A DNA stretch of 64,000 nt from Thermoplasmatota archaeon. Its GTDB lineage: Archaea > Thermoplasmatota > E2 > JACPAO01 > JAHFTW01. The stretch lies in assembly GCA_038046785.1 (NCBI GenBank), contig JBBSVM010000006.1, positions 101,875 through 165,874 on the forward strand, given 5' to 3'. This document shows, piece after piece, positions 16,912 to 26,214 of this stretch. Every line of letters starts with the position of its first letter. Positions within the stretch are counted from its first letter, which is position 1. The notes below the pieces were generated by a model. It saw only the letters and a program-made list of their open reading frames with translations, had not been told where the DNA came from and did not search any database. Position numbers and translations under genes: made by a program.

Positions 16912-18300
16912 CTACACGTGGATGCCGAAGAGGGAGGGGATGAAGACGATGAGGAACGCGACGACGTAGCCGACGCCGAAGCCGATGCCGACTGGTGCTC
17001 TCTGTTCCCGCGCCCGCAGTTCGGGCAGCAGTTCGGCCAACGCGATGAAGATGAACGTGGCGGCGGCGAGGGCGATGAGGTGTCCGACGAGTGCTCCTTC
17101 TTCGATGATGGTGAGGCCGAGCAGGCTGCCCACGGGAGTCAATGCGGCCATGACGGCGATGCCAAGCAGGACGCGGCTCCGCTTCCAACCGGCAGCAAGG
17201 AACAGGCTGGCGGCGGCAATGCCGTCGGGGAACTGGTGGATGAGGACGGCGCCTGCTGCTGCCAAGCCGACGGCGTTGTCGAGTTCGAAGGCGGCGGGGA
17301 GAATCAGGCCGTCCACGAAGCGGTGGAAACCCAGGGCGAAGAACGCCAGGATGGCGAGGCCGCCGGCGTGGCTGGCGACCCGTTCGCGGCCGTGCTGGTC
17401 GTGTTCGCTGGCGCCGTGGCCGTGACTGCCGTGGCCGGAGCCGCTGTGGTTGTGTTCGCCGGCGAAGAAGTGGCGCACGAGGAAGAGCACGAGGAGCGCG
17501 AGGACGATGGTGTAGGGTGCTTCCGGGCTCAGTTCGAGGGCTTCGGGGACGAGGTCCAGCATGGCGATGGCCAAGAGGAGGCCGGCGGTGGCGCCGAGGA
17601 GGAAGTGGATGCGGCGCTGCGAGATGGTGCGGCCGGCGAGGACGACGGCGCCTGCGGCCAAGGTGATGGCACCGGCGAGGAGGGCGATGCCGAGGATGGC
17701 GGGAATGCCGGGGCCTTCGCCTGACGCAGGCTCCTCGGGCTCCGGCACGACGCCCTGTGGGTCGCTTTGCGTGATGGTGAAGGAGTGCAGTTTCGAGTCG
17801 AGGTTGCCGCACTGCACGGAGACCGATTGGCCGGCCATCGCGAGGCCCGTGCCGGTCTTGCTGAGTTTGAGCGCAAGCTGGACGTCGCCGGTGGCGTTCT
17901 GGAGGTCGCCAACGTCGAAGACCAATGCGGCCGGCGAGCTCACGGCTGCACCGGAACCATATGCGACGGCGTCGCTCAGGACAACCGCCGCGCCGAGCCG
18001 GAGTTCGCCGGCGAGCGTGAAGCCGGTGCCGGCGTTGGCGCCTTGGGCGAAGGCGACCGAGACCGCAACGGCTTGCGCTGGGAGGCCAACGGTTTGGTTC
18101 GTGAATGTTCCCGCGAACGTCTCGGTGACGCTTGCTGAGGTGGTGGCGCCGATGGTGAGGCAGGCGGAGGCCGCGCCTACCGCAAGGGACAGCGAGCCAT
18201 CACTCTGGAGATAGAGCGGAGCGGTCGCCGATGATGTTTGGGCGGCAGCTCCTGTGGTGGCAAGAAGGAGCGCGGCGAGGAGCAAGGTGACGCGGTTCAT
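16912..18300 (-). CDS. ZIP-family metal transporter with a secreted N-terminal domain
   Basis: DLVPEA, His-rich loop, FHRFVDG, IHQFPDG, ELLPE; signal peptide plus about 170-aa ectodomain. Confidence 0.9.
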   Translation of the reverse strand: MNRVTLLLAALLLATTGAAAQTSSATAPLYLQSDGSLSLAVGAASACLTIGATTSASVTETFAGTFTNQTVGLPAQAVAVSVAFAQGANAGTGFTLAGELRLGAAVVLSDAVAYGSGAAVSSPAALVFDVGDLQNATGDVQLALKLSKTGTGLAMAGQSVSVQCGNLDSKLHSFTITQSDPQGVVPEPEEPASGEGPGIPAILGIALLAGAITLAAGAVVLAGRTISQRRIHFLLGATAGLLLAIAMLDLVPEALELSPEAPYTIVLALLVLFLVRHFFAGEHNHSGSGHGSHGHGASEHDQHGRERVASHAGGLAILAFFALGFHRFVDGLILPAAFELDNAVGLAAAGAVLIHQFPDGIAAASLFLAAGWKRSRVLLGIAVMAALTPVGSLLGLTIIEEGALVGHLIALAAATFIFIALAELLPELRAREQRAPVGIGFGVGYVVAFLIVFIPSLFGIHV

Positions 18301-19334
18301 GCGGCACCTGCCTGGAGACCGCAGGGGGCAGGGCAGGGGGCATCGACGGCCTCGACTTGGATGGTGACGTGGCTCAGTTTGTAGGTGCGCAGAAGATGGT
18401 CGTGGACGGCGCGCACGGTGAGGCCGCTTTCGTCGGGGCGGTTGGTGACGATGTGGGCGGTCAGGAAGTCATGGCCGTCGGTGAGGGTCCAGGCGTGGAT
18501 GTCATGCACGGAAGCGACGCCGGAAACTTTGCTCAAGCTGGTCTCGATGGCGTCCAGGTCGAGGTGCTTGGGGGCGCCCTGCATGAGGACATGCAAGGTG
18601 TCGCGCGTGAGCTTCCACGCCACGCGCAAGATGAGGATGGAGATGACCAGGGTGAGCAAGGGGTCGGCCCAGAGCCAGCCGCGCGAGTAAACGAGGTAGC
18701 CGGCCAGGAGTGCCACCGCAGAGCCGAGCAGGTCGGAGAGGACGTGCGCGTAGGCGGCGCGCATGTTGAGGCTGTGCGCGGCGCCGCGATGGAGGACGAA
18801 CGCCATGCCGGCATTGGCGACGAGCGTGATGCCGCCCATGACCATGACGAGGAAGCCGCGCACGGCGGGTGGGTCCATGAGGCGGTGCCATGCCTCGTAG
18901 ATGAAGTAGGCCGAGATGATCCAGAGGGCGAGGGCGTTGACGAAGGCGGAGACCACTTCGGCGCGTCGGTAGCCGAAGGTCTTGCTGCGGCTGGCGGCTT
19001 TCACGGACCAGGTGACGGCAAGGAGGGCGAGTGCGAGGGCGCCGGTGTCGGTGGCGGAGTGGGCTGCGTCGGAGAGGAGGGCGAGCGAGTTGGCGAGGAA
19101 GCCAATGCCGACTTCGGCGATGGTGACGGTGAGGCCGACGGCGATGACGGCGATGAGGCGGTTGCGGTTGGAGATGGCCATGCCACGCAGTTCGGAGCCG
19201 TGGTCGTGTCCGTGGGCGCCGTGATCATGGCCGTCGTGCGCGCCGTGCGCGTGGTCGTGCCCGTCGTGGTCGTGGTGTTCTTGCTGACCCGCCGGAGAGG
19301 GGGACGCAATCGGGAGGGCCGGAGCCGTGCTCAC
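18297..19334 (-). CDS. czcD: Cation diffusion facilitator (Zn/Co/Cd efflux)
   Basis: SLALLSDAAHSATD, TFGYRRAEV, HVLSD, HDIHAW, HVTIQVE; His-rich N-terminus. Confidence 0.93.
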   Translation of the reverse strand: MSTAPALPIASPSPAGQQEHHDHDGHDHAHGAHDGHDHGAHGHDHGSELRGMAISNRNRLIAVIAVGLTVTIAEVGIGFLANSLALLSDAAHSATDTGALALALLAVTWSVKAASRSKTFGYRRAEVVSAFVNALALWIISAYFIYEAWHRLMDPPAVRGFLVMVMGGITLVANAGMAFVLHRGAAHSLNMRAAYAHVLSDLLGSAVALLAGYLVYSRGWLWADPLLTLVISILILRVAWKLTRDTLHVLMQGAPKHLDLDAIETSLSKVSGVASVHDIHAWTLTDGHDFLTAHIVTNRPDESGLTVRAVHDHLLRTYKLSHVTIQVEAVDAPCPAPCGLQAGAA

Positions 19335-19369
19335 AGCCCCTCTTCAACGGTTGGCGGGTATAGCGGCTG

Positions 19370-19396
19370 TGCTAACTGGGGCGCCCAGGTTTCATA
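19370..19396 (-). promoter_or_regulatory. Operator TATGAA-N15-TTAGCA, copy 2
   Basis: 7 nt upstream of a TATACC box, 36 nt from the czcD start. Confidence 0.8.
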
Positions 19397-19425
19397 ATGG
19401 ACCAACCTCTTCTCAGTTCCAATCT

Positions 19426-20289
19426 TTATCGTCCAGCACGGTCCCGCCACCATTTCCATGTCTGGTTGAGGAGGTAGAAGGTGCCGCCGGCGACGACGGC
19501 CAAGAAGAGGCCGTTGAGGAGCGTGCGCGTCAGGTCGGAACGAGGTTCGACGCTTTCCTGAACGAAGACGTGTTGAGTGGGCACGTCGTCGGGGTCAAAC
19601 AGGGCGCTCGTGAAACGCATGTGGCGCATGCCCGGTTCTCGGAAGGTGACGTCGGCCGCCCACGTGTGGTCGGGGGTGCGTTGGAGGATGAGTTTCTCGC
19701 TGCCGAGCATTTGGCTGTGGTCGTCGGTCCAACTCTCCAGCGTGAGCAGGAGGAGGCCGGGCCCTTGGTTGGCTTGGGCGCGCTCGTTGTCGTACCAGAC
19801 GAGTTTGAAGTCGAGTCGCGTCACGTTTCCGACGTAGGCGTCCAGCTCTTCGTTCACGGGGGTGATGCGGAAGCCGACGTCCTTGTAGACGGCCAAAGCG
19901 AGCGTCGCGACTTCGCGGCGTGCTCCGTTCTCGAAGGTGATGGTGGCGTTCCAGGCGCCGGGCGAGGGGAAGAGCCAGGAGCCTTCCCAGGTCGTGTTGG
20001 CGGCGTGGCGGAAAGCGCCCTGGAGGGTCTCTTCTTGCGGGCCGGTCCACGTATAGGAGATCTGCGTCGCATTGGAGGCGGCACCGAGACGATTGTCCTT
20101 CCATTCCTGGACGATGAGCCGCCACTCCATCGTCTGGCCGGCAATGGGGAGGCGGTCGGGGGAGAGGACGGCGACGTAGGTGTCGCTTTGGAAGACCGTG
20201 TCGGAGCCGAACTCCTCAACATGGGCCTGTGTGGACGGCAGGGCCAAGAGCAGGGCCAGGGCGGCAAGCGTGGCGCGGGAGCGGTTCAG
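19426..20289 (-). CDS. Secreted Ig-like (YtkA/FixH-like) protein with C-terminal TM; probable CTG start
   Basis: Signal peptide ending QA-H; two FPSPG/FREPG-type repeats; GGAGG 8 nt before CTG. Confidence 0.7.
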   Translation of the reverse strand: MNRSRATLAALALLLALPSTQAHVEEFGSDTVFQSDTYVAVLSPDRLPIAGQTMEWRLIVQEWKDNRLGAASNATQISYTWTGPQEETLQGAFRHAANTTWEGSWLFPSPGAWNATITFENGARREVATLALAVYKDVGFRITPVNEELDAYVGNVTRLDFKLVWYDNERAQANQGPGLLLLTLESWTDDHSQMLGSEKLILQRTPDHTWAADVTFREPGMRHMRFTSALFDPDDVPTQHVFVQESVEPRSDLTRTLLNGLFLAVVAGGTFYLLNQTWKWWRDRAGR

Positions 20290-20726
20290 CGTCTCAGCCT
20301 CCAGGCCGCGCCGGCGAGGAGGGCGACGATGGCGGCAAGCGGGAGCGTCGGGGTCGAAGCGGAGCCCGGTCCGACGGTGAGGGTGCCTTTCATGCCGCCC
20401 TCGGCGTGGCCGGCGACGCGGCAGATGTAGGCGTAGCTTCCCGTCTGAAGCTCCACGGTGAGAGTGAGGTTTTGGCCGGTCTTGAGGAGCGGCGTGAAGG
20501 CCAGCGGGGTGGAGCAGCCGCCTTGTGCCTCCGACGCGCACAGGGTGAAGTCGTGCGGGATGGAGCCGCGGTTCTCGACGCGGATGGCCCAGCTGCCCGC
20601 CTCGGGGAAGATGGACGGGTTAATGGCGACGTGGAAGGGGTTGTCGTGCAGCTGCACGGTCGCCTCGGCGGCTTGGGCGGCGGGCACGGCGAGTGCGCCC
20701 GCCACGAGAAGGAAGAGGAGTTTCAT
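20286..20726 (-). CDS. Cupredoxin with C-terminal anchor
   Basis: PHDF...YICRVAGHAEGGM (T1 ligands H, C, H, M). Confidence 0.88.
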   Translation of the reverse strand: MKLLFLLVAGALAVPAAQAAEATVQLHDNPFHVAINPSIFPEAGSWAIRVENRGSIPHDFTLCASEAQGGCSTPLAFTPLLKTGQNLTLTVELQTGSYAYICRVAGHAEGGMKGTLTVGPGSASTPTLPLAAIVALLAGAAWRLRR

Positions 20727-21535
20727 CCGGGATGCTTCTCCGCAGTGGATGCGTGCGGTGTGCCTGCGTCGTGGTCGTTGGGGGTGGTCTCCGGTACTGC
20801 GCCGTGGTGGTCCTGGCCTTCGCCGAGGCTGGAGATGTTCGCCTCGGCGACGAGGGCGGAACCGTAGGCGGCCCCACCCGCAAGCAGGCCGATGGCCAGC
20901 ATGACGGAGGTCGTCACCACGGTGGCGCGTCGGGAGGATGTGGCGGGAGCGGCGGCGCCCGCCAGTGCGGGCACGAGCAGGATGGCGGCTGCGACTTGGA
21001 GGGCGACGGTGGCGAGGCTGACGAGGTCCATGCCTTCGGGTCCATCACTCCACGGGCTGCGCAGGATGCGTGTTAGTGTCCAGAGGGCCAGGGGTCCGAT
21101 GGCGAGGAGGGCAAATCCAATGCGTGCCGTCCGGCGCGTGGGTGAGACTGCGTAGAGGACGCTCCAGGCGACCTGCGCGACCCCGATGGCGCAGAAGAAC
21201 AGGCCAAGACCGAGCGCTTCTTGCAGGTGGGATTGCAGCACGGTGAGATGCAGGACGCCCGCGCCAAGCATCAGGCCGGCTGCCCAAGCGTCGTGCAGGC
21301 GTCGCGCCGACCACGCCGCAACGAGCGTGTTCGGAGATGCGCCGGATGCTTTGGCCAACGCAGGACGGGGCAAGGCGTCGAGCGCGCGTCGTGCTTGCAG
21401 CGCTGAGAAACTCAGGCCGCCGGGGGGTTGTGGGCTCGATGCTGCTTCGGTCAGGGCTGCTGCGCCGACAAGGGTTGTGGGCATGGATGCGGCCCAACCC
21501 AGGGACGAGGAGTTGGTTTCCGGTTGCGGCCTCAT
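20723..21535 (-). CDS. Multi-TM membrane protein with His-containing tail (paralog of 32046)
   Basis: GVLHLTVLQSHLQEA...FF..IG..Q; start chosen from operator spacing. Confidence 0.75.
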   Translation of the reverse strand: MRPQPETNSSSLGWAASMPTTLVGAAALTEAASSPQPPGGLSFSALQARRALDALPRPALAKASGASPNTLVAAWSARRLHDAWAAGLMLGAGVLHLTVLQSHLQEALGLGLFFCAIGVAQVAWSVLYAVSPTRRTARIGFALLAIGPLALWTLTRILRSPWSDGPEGMDLVSLATVALQVAAAILLVPALAGAAAPATSSRRATVVTTSVMLAIGLLAGGAAYGSALVAEANISSLGEGQDHHGAVPETTPNDHDAGTPHASTAEKHPG

Positions 21536-21571
21536 GGCTCGAATAGGATTCAATTTCCGACAAAAGGCTGA

Positions 21572-21598
21572 TGCTAAGCTCGGCGCCTCATTTTCATA
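21572..21598 (-). promoter_or_regulatory. Operator TATGAA-N15-TTAGCA, copy 3
   Basis: 37 nt from ATG 21535. Confidence 0.8.
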
Positions 21599-21599
21599 T

Positions 21600-21974
21600 T
21601 CAGATGGGTGCCGGCGTGACGCGGACGCCATCGAGTTTCGTCAACGCGTCGAGGAGTTCGTGGATGCGTGGCCCTTCGCCATGGAGGCTGAGAGCATCCA
21701 CGCAGGTCTCTTCCAGATGGTGGTGCAAGGAGGTGCGGACCAGCCCCTCGAAACGGCGCAAAACGCGGCTCACCTTCTCCTGGTTATTGTCCACCACATA
21801 GACCAGCGTCAAGGCGAGATGGACTTGGCCATCGAACTCCATCTGATGACGCGTGATGAAGTGGTGCAGCGCGTCGCGGACGGCGCTGGAGCGGGAATGG
21901 TAGCCAAAGTGCTCGACCAGCTTGTCGAACTTGTCCAGTTCGGCGCCAGAGAGGGAGATCGAGATGACGGCCAT
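21600..21974 (-). CDS. NikR-like ribbon-helix-helix regulator, copy 1 (first metal His changed to Arg)
   Basis: ISISL...SRSSAVRDA; HHH..C retained. Confidence 0.88.
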   Translation of the reverse strand: MAVISISLSGAELDKFDKLVEHFGYHSRSSAVRDALHHFITRHQMEFDGQVHLALTLVYVVDNNQEKVSRVLRRFEGLVRTSLHHHLEETCVDALSLHGEGPRIHELLDALTKLDGVRVTPAPI

Positions 21975-21988
21975 AGGGGCTCACTTGT

Positions 21989-22008
21989 GGGGGGGGGGGG
22001 GGGGGGGG
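21989..22008 (+). repeat. G20 homopolymer in the NikR-like promoter
   Basis: Seen directly. Confidence 0.85.
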
Positions 22009-22016
22009 TAAATGCG

Positions 22017-22200
22017 TCAGCCTGCGGCGTGGAGAGGGCGGCTCGTCGAGGAAGACGTCGCCGGTTTGGATGGGGAGCGGGTTTCGTAGGTGCCGGGGTG
22101 GACGAGGAAGAGGTTGTGGACCATCCATGTCCCGTCGCCATTTGGCGTGGCGGCGAACGAGGAGCGCCGGCACTTGGGTGTCCAAATGCGAAAGGCACGA
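22017..22200 (-). pseudogene. Frameshifted remnant of the copCD 3' end
   Basis: PNGDGTWMVHNLFLVHPGTY and QTGDVFLDE lie in different frames and match the C-terminus of 46781-48430. Confidence 0.85.
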
Positions 22201-22284
22201 GCCCGCAACGCTTCCCGGCCATGCTTATTTCGTATCGTGCGTATTTTCCACATCGACTTGCCCAGATTCCGGCGACCCTCGGGC

Positions 22285-22740
22285 TCAGTCAGCGGCCCGC
22301 ATCCGCTCAAGCAAGCCGACGAGCTGCTCAATCTCCTGGAGCTTCCAGTCGTTGAACACCTTCCCGACCCCCTTATGGGCTTCCAGCATGATGCCAATCA
22401 GCCGCTGACGGGCCCCCGGCACGAGCTGCACGGTCACGACGCGACGATCCTTGGAGTTCCGCTTGCGCGTCACGAAGCCTGCTGCCTCCAGGCGATCCAG
22501 CATGATGCTCACACTGCCCGACGTCAGGCCCGTGAAGGCGACGATGTCGCGTGGAGTCGTGTCTCCGGCATGCGCCATGAACTGCAAGGCGAACGCATCC
22601 GTCGTCGAAACCGATTCGCCCGACGCGGCCGCAAGCTGCCGCTGGAACTCCGTAAAGCTCCGTCGAAGAGCATGGATGGCCGCCAGCACGGCCGCCTCAC
22701 GGCGCGTCCCATGACCCCCCGCACCATGGTCGTGCTTCAT
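22285..22740 (-). CDS. MarR-family regulator
   Basis: TGLTSGSVSIMLDRLEAAGFVTRKRNSKDRRVV. Confidence 0.92.
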   Translation of the reverse strand: MKHDHGAGGHGTRREAAVLAAIHALRRSFTEFQRQLAAASGESVSTTDAFALQFMAHAGDTTPRDIVAFTGLTSGSVSIMLDRLEAAGFVTRKRNSKDRRVVTVQLVPGARQRLIGIMLEAHKGVGKVFNDWKLQEIEQLVGLLERMRAAD

Positions 22741-22825
22741 GGGCGCTGCCAGCGGCACCGCCCTCTAAGGCCTTCCCAAATCTCTTGATGACAAGATTCT
22801 TTATGGCAAGCGGTTTGACCGACCC

Positions 22826-22966
22826 ATGGACCTGGAGCCCAACTCGCCCGCATCCGAGCCCCCCGAGACCCCACGCTGGGTGTGGATTCTTGCGGGCGTC
22901 CTGGCTGCCGGCCTCATGGCCGTCGTGACGCTGCACTTGACGGGCAACATGCGCATGGGGCATTGA
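22826..22966 (+). CDS. Small single-TM protein (46 aa)
   Basis: PETPRWVWILAGVLAAGLMAVVTLHL; stop 1 nt before the next ATG. Confidence 0.7.
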   Translation: MDLEPNSPASEPPETPRWVWILAGVLAAGLMAVVTLHLTGNMRMGH

Positions 22967-22967
22967 C

Positions 22968-23471
22968 ATGCTGGGCACCGGTGGTCGCCGCCTGTGGCTT
23001 TCCATGCACATCGTCTCGTCGGTCGGCTGGATTGGCGCCGTCATGGCCTTCATTGTCCTCGACGTCGCCACAGTCACGAGTGCCAACGTCGGCGTCCTGC
23101 GCGGGGCCTATATCTCCATGGACCTCATCACCCGGTGGGCAATCATTCCTCTTGCACTGACCTCCTTCGTGACAGGCCTCGTCGTCGCGTTGGGCACCAA
23201 GTGGGGCCTTTTTCGACACTACTGGGTCGCCGTTTCGCTCGTCCTGACCGCGGCGTCCACGATCGTGCTCTACGTTCAAGTGCCTCTGATCGGTCGTCGT
23301 GCCGCGATGGCCGCTGACCTCGCAACGAGCGACGCGACCATCCAGGACTTAGGCAACCTTCTGCTCCACTCCATCGGCGGCACCATTGTCTTGCTCATCA
23401 TCATGGTTTTGAACATCTACAAGCCGCGCGGACTGACTCGATACGGGTGGCGAAAGCAAGTCGCGCAGTAG
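22968..23471 (+). CDS. DUF2269-like four-TM membrane protein
   Basis: HIVSSVGWIG, TGLVVALGTKWGLFRHYWV, YKPRGLT. Confidence 0.85.
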   Translation: MLGTGGRRLWLSMHIVSSVGWIGAVMAFIVLDVATVTSANVGVLRGAYISMDLITRWAIIPLALTSFVTGLVVALGTKWGLFRHYWVAVSLVLTAASTIVLYVQVPLIGRRAAMAADLATSDATIQDLGNLLLHSIGGTIVLLIIMVLNIYKPRGLTRYGWRKQVAQ

Positions 23472-23567
23472 GTCCCGGCACTTGCTGAAACGGGCGGAGG
23501 AGGCGTGCTCGGGATTCCTTGCGTCCACCGTGAACAGGGTCTAATCGGGTTCGTCGGCAATCACTGC

Positions 23568-23681
23568 ATGCTCCATTGGAGCAGGCGGGTTCGGAGCCTG
23601 ATCTTGCTGGGGATCCTGGTCTGCCTCTTGACCATGGCCGCCACGATGTACTCCATGATGCGGCGCGACAAAGGCCCCTGA
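23568..23681 (+). CDS. Possible single-TM microprotein (37 aa)
   Basis: MLHWSRRVRSLILLGILVCLLTMAATMYSMMRRDKGP. Confidence 0.45.
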   Translation: MLHWSRRVRSLILLGILVCLLTMAATMYSMMRRDKGP

Positions 23682-23693
23682 GGCCAAGGTGCC

Positions 23694-24968
23694 CTAACCG
23701 TCGTTGCGGCGCGGCACAAACAACGCGATTGCGGCAACAACGGCGCCCGCCGCGCCGGCGAGCGCTCCCAGCAACACGCTGGGGGCGACCCTCTCGACAA
23801 GGCCCGACAATTCCACGAGGTGGACGCTCCAGTAAGGCACGCTGACGAGAACTTGGAATCCGCTGGCGTCCCGCACGACCCAGTATTCCGGCTGTCCCTG
23901 GTCATCGTTTGGCTCGAGGATGTCGTCGAGGCCAGTTGCCCGTTTGAAAACGATTTCTTTTCTTGAGGTTCCGTCCTCGCCGTCCGGCAAGTCGAAATAG
24001 CGCAACTGCAGCCCACTTGGCTCGCTGCCAAGGACCGTCGCATTGACATGGATGACGAACGTGCGGCCCGCCGTCAAGTTGCCACTCAAAACCACGCGGA
24101 GAGGGTCGGATTCTGTCGGTGTGGATTCGGGGTGCTTGACGCTCACTCTGATGCGATCGTAGGCGAAAACCTCGGCGCAATGACGGGCAGCGTCGTCCAC
24201 TTCTTGCCCACAGTTCGCCTCATTGACGTAAATCTCAGCTCCAATCCGATTGCCATGCGCCACGGCACCGCGAATCTTGGTTCGAGCGGCCGTGGATTCC
24301 GGGGTCTGAGATTCGGAGATTTCAGCAAAGGTGTGGAAGCTGAAAAAGTGGGTTATGGATAAGGTGCGGTCGTCCAGCCAGGTCAGATTCCTGCTGGTGA
24401 GAATGGCACGCCCGCCATCGGGGTACTGAACCAGGACGCCCTCCTTCATCGATTCCTTGGTAATGCCCATCGGGAAAACGAGGATGGCTGCCGCATCGTC
24501 GCCTTCAAAGCGCAGGAAGCCCCGAGCATCGTCATGCATCGCCAGAAAGCTGCGTCCGGCACGCAGGACGATCCGGTCATTATCGCGACCCAACCGAACT
24601 TCGCTGTCCGAGTCCATGCGAAGGGAAACCAGAACCTCGCGGCCATCCACTGTCAGGTTGGCAATCCCGATTCCGTCCGCTGCGAGCGCGAAACCCAAGT
24701 GACGCGGACCGCTCTCCGCCGCGCACAGGCCTGCCTGCGAGCGGCCCTTGCAGCGAATCTTGCAATCGCCAGGCGAATCGACGCAATCATCTCGGACGCA
24801 TTTCCCGTGCTCTTCCGGTTGCGTGTCACGAACGCAGGCGCGTTCCTTGTCTGGCCGACTTGCATCGTCGATGGTGGTTGGTCCACCCTCTTGAGCGGTA
24901 GCCACGTTTGCCACGTTTGCCAGTGCCAGCAACGCCACGGCGGCAAATTGAAGCGCCCGTGGGTGCAT
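23694..24968 (-). CDS. Secreted surface protein with Cys-rich N-terminus and C-terminal TM
   Basis: Signal peptide; six clustered Cys; VSVPYWS before the anchor. Confidence 0.8.
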   Translation of the reverse strand: MHPRALQFAAVALLALANVANVATAQEGGPTTIDDASRPDKERACVRDTQPEEHGKCVRDDCVDSPGDCKIRCKGRSQAGLCAAESGPRHLGFALAADGIGIANLTVDGREVLVSLRMDSDSEVRLGRDNDRIVLRAGRSFLAMHDDARGFLRFEGDDAAAILVFPMGITKESMKEGVLVQYPDGGRAILTSRNLTWLDDRTLSITHFFSFHTFAEISESQTPESTAARTKIRGAVAHGNRIGAEIYVNEANCGQEVDDAARHCAEVFAYDRIRVSVKHPESTPTESDPLRVVLSGNLTAGRTFVIHVNATVLGSEPSGLQLRYFDLPDGEDGTSRKEIVFKRATGLDDILEPNDDQGQPEYWVVRDASGFQVLVSVPYWSVHLVELSGLVERVAPSVLLGALAGAAGAVVAAIALFVPRRNDG

Positions 24969-25179
24969 GGCGCAGAATGGGCCACCGACCTAAAAAGTCC
25001 AGCCTGTTTGGGCACGGATTTGGACGGGACTGGCGCGGCTCAAAGGCGGTGCAAGACCGCGCCGCAGCAGCGGCTCCGGTGGCTGCGCCCCCGGCGGGCG
25101 GATGGCGGGCATTAGGACAAGATTGGAAGACCATGCGCCAGAGGGTAAACGCAAGAAGGAGACGCGAGGTCGCACCTGC

Positions 25180-26214
25180 ATGCGCAGCGTCGCCCCGCTC
25201 TTTCTTGCCCTGCTAATCCTCCCCGCCGCGTCGGCCCACAACCCCTCCGAGGCAAACGAACTGGAAATCCTGCTCATCGAGGATGAGGGCACGGACGCCG
25301 TCGAAGCCTACGGCGGCTACGACATCAATTCCGTCTACCTCGGATTGGCCCACGACGCCAGCGTCGGCGCCGGCGAGGCGGGCGACGGCTTCTACCTGCG
25401 CGCGGAGCTCTACGGGCTGCGCTCTGAACAGGTCGTCCCTAGCCCACCGGGCCAAGAAGAGTGGCGCATCACCTTCTTCTTCGAAGGTGGCGACGGTCCC
25501 ACGAGCCGTTACCTTGCCACGACGGACGGCACCACGTTCACCACCGATTTCGATGCCTTGTTCACCGAACTGGAAGAAGAGTTTCGCGAGACCCATGTCA
25601 TCCGCGCCTTCGTCTCCTTCGCCAGCACAGGTCTAGCCCCCGGCGACACCCTGCGCGGCCTGCGCCTCGAGTCCACCGTGGGTGGCGACCTGCGCGACCT
25701 CGCTCCTGGCGGCATCCCCCTGCCTTACACGGACGGCGCCGCTGCCTATCCTGCGCAAGCAGCTGGCTCCTCGCCCGGCACGGTCGAGGCCGAACCTGTC
25801 CTCGGCGCCCCGAGCCGCTACCTCAGCGTGACACGCCTCGACGTTTCCGCCGGAACCTACACCATCGCAGTGCAATCCACGTTGAAACAGTCCGGTCAAC
25901 ACATCCACATCGCCGCCCTTGACGGTGACGGTTGGAATCTCACGTACGCAACACCTCGCGTCCTGAACGTTCCCGCAGGCGGCGAAGCCACCTTCACGTT
26001 CCAAGCCTCCCCCAATCCTGGGGCCGCCAACCTGGCCCTCGAAATCGTCACCGATGTGGGCGGCCGGTTGCCCATCTTCATCGAGCCCGACGGGACCATC
26101 CAAGCCGCAGGATTGAGCCAAGATGCGCCAGCACTCAGTCAAGTTGCGCCCGCTGTTGGCCCCGTTCTTTTCCTCGGTCTTCTCGCCTTGGCAGTGGCGA
26201 TGCGTCGCCGCTAA
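25180..26214 (+). CDS. Secreted acidic protein with PGF-CTERM-like anchor
   Basis: MRSVAPLFLALLILPAASA-H; APAVG-TM-RRR. Confidence 0.85.
   Translation: MRSVAPLFLALLILPAASAHNPSEANELEILLIEDEGTDAVEAYGGYDINSVYLGLAHDASVGAGEAGDGFYLRAELYGLRSEQVVPSPPGQEEWRITFFFEGGDGPTSRYLATTDGTTFTTDFDALFTELEEEFRETHVIRAFVSFASTGLAPGDTLRGLRLESTVGGDLRDLAPGGIPLPYTDGAAAYPAQAAGSSPGTVEAEPVLGAPSRYLSVTRLDVSAGTYTIAVQSTLKQSGQHIHIAALDGDGWNLTYATPRVLNVPAGGEATFTFQASPNPGAANLALEIVTDVGGRLPIFIEPDGTIQAAGLSQDAPALSQVAPAVGPVLFLGLLALAVAMRRR

Larger units (their letters stand above)
21600..22150. repeat. Diverged direct duplication of 46373-46925
   Basis: Covers the NikR-like gene, its promoter and the 3' end of copCD. Confidence 0.9.
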
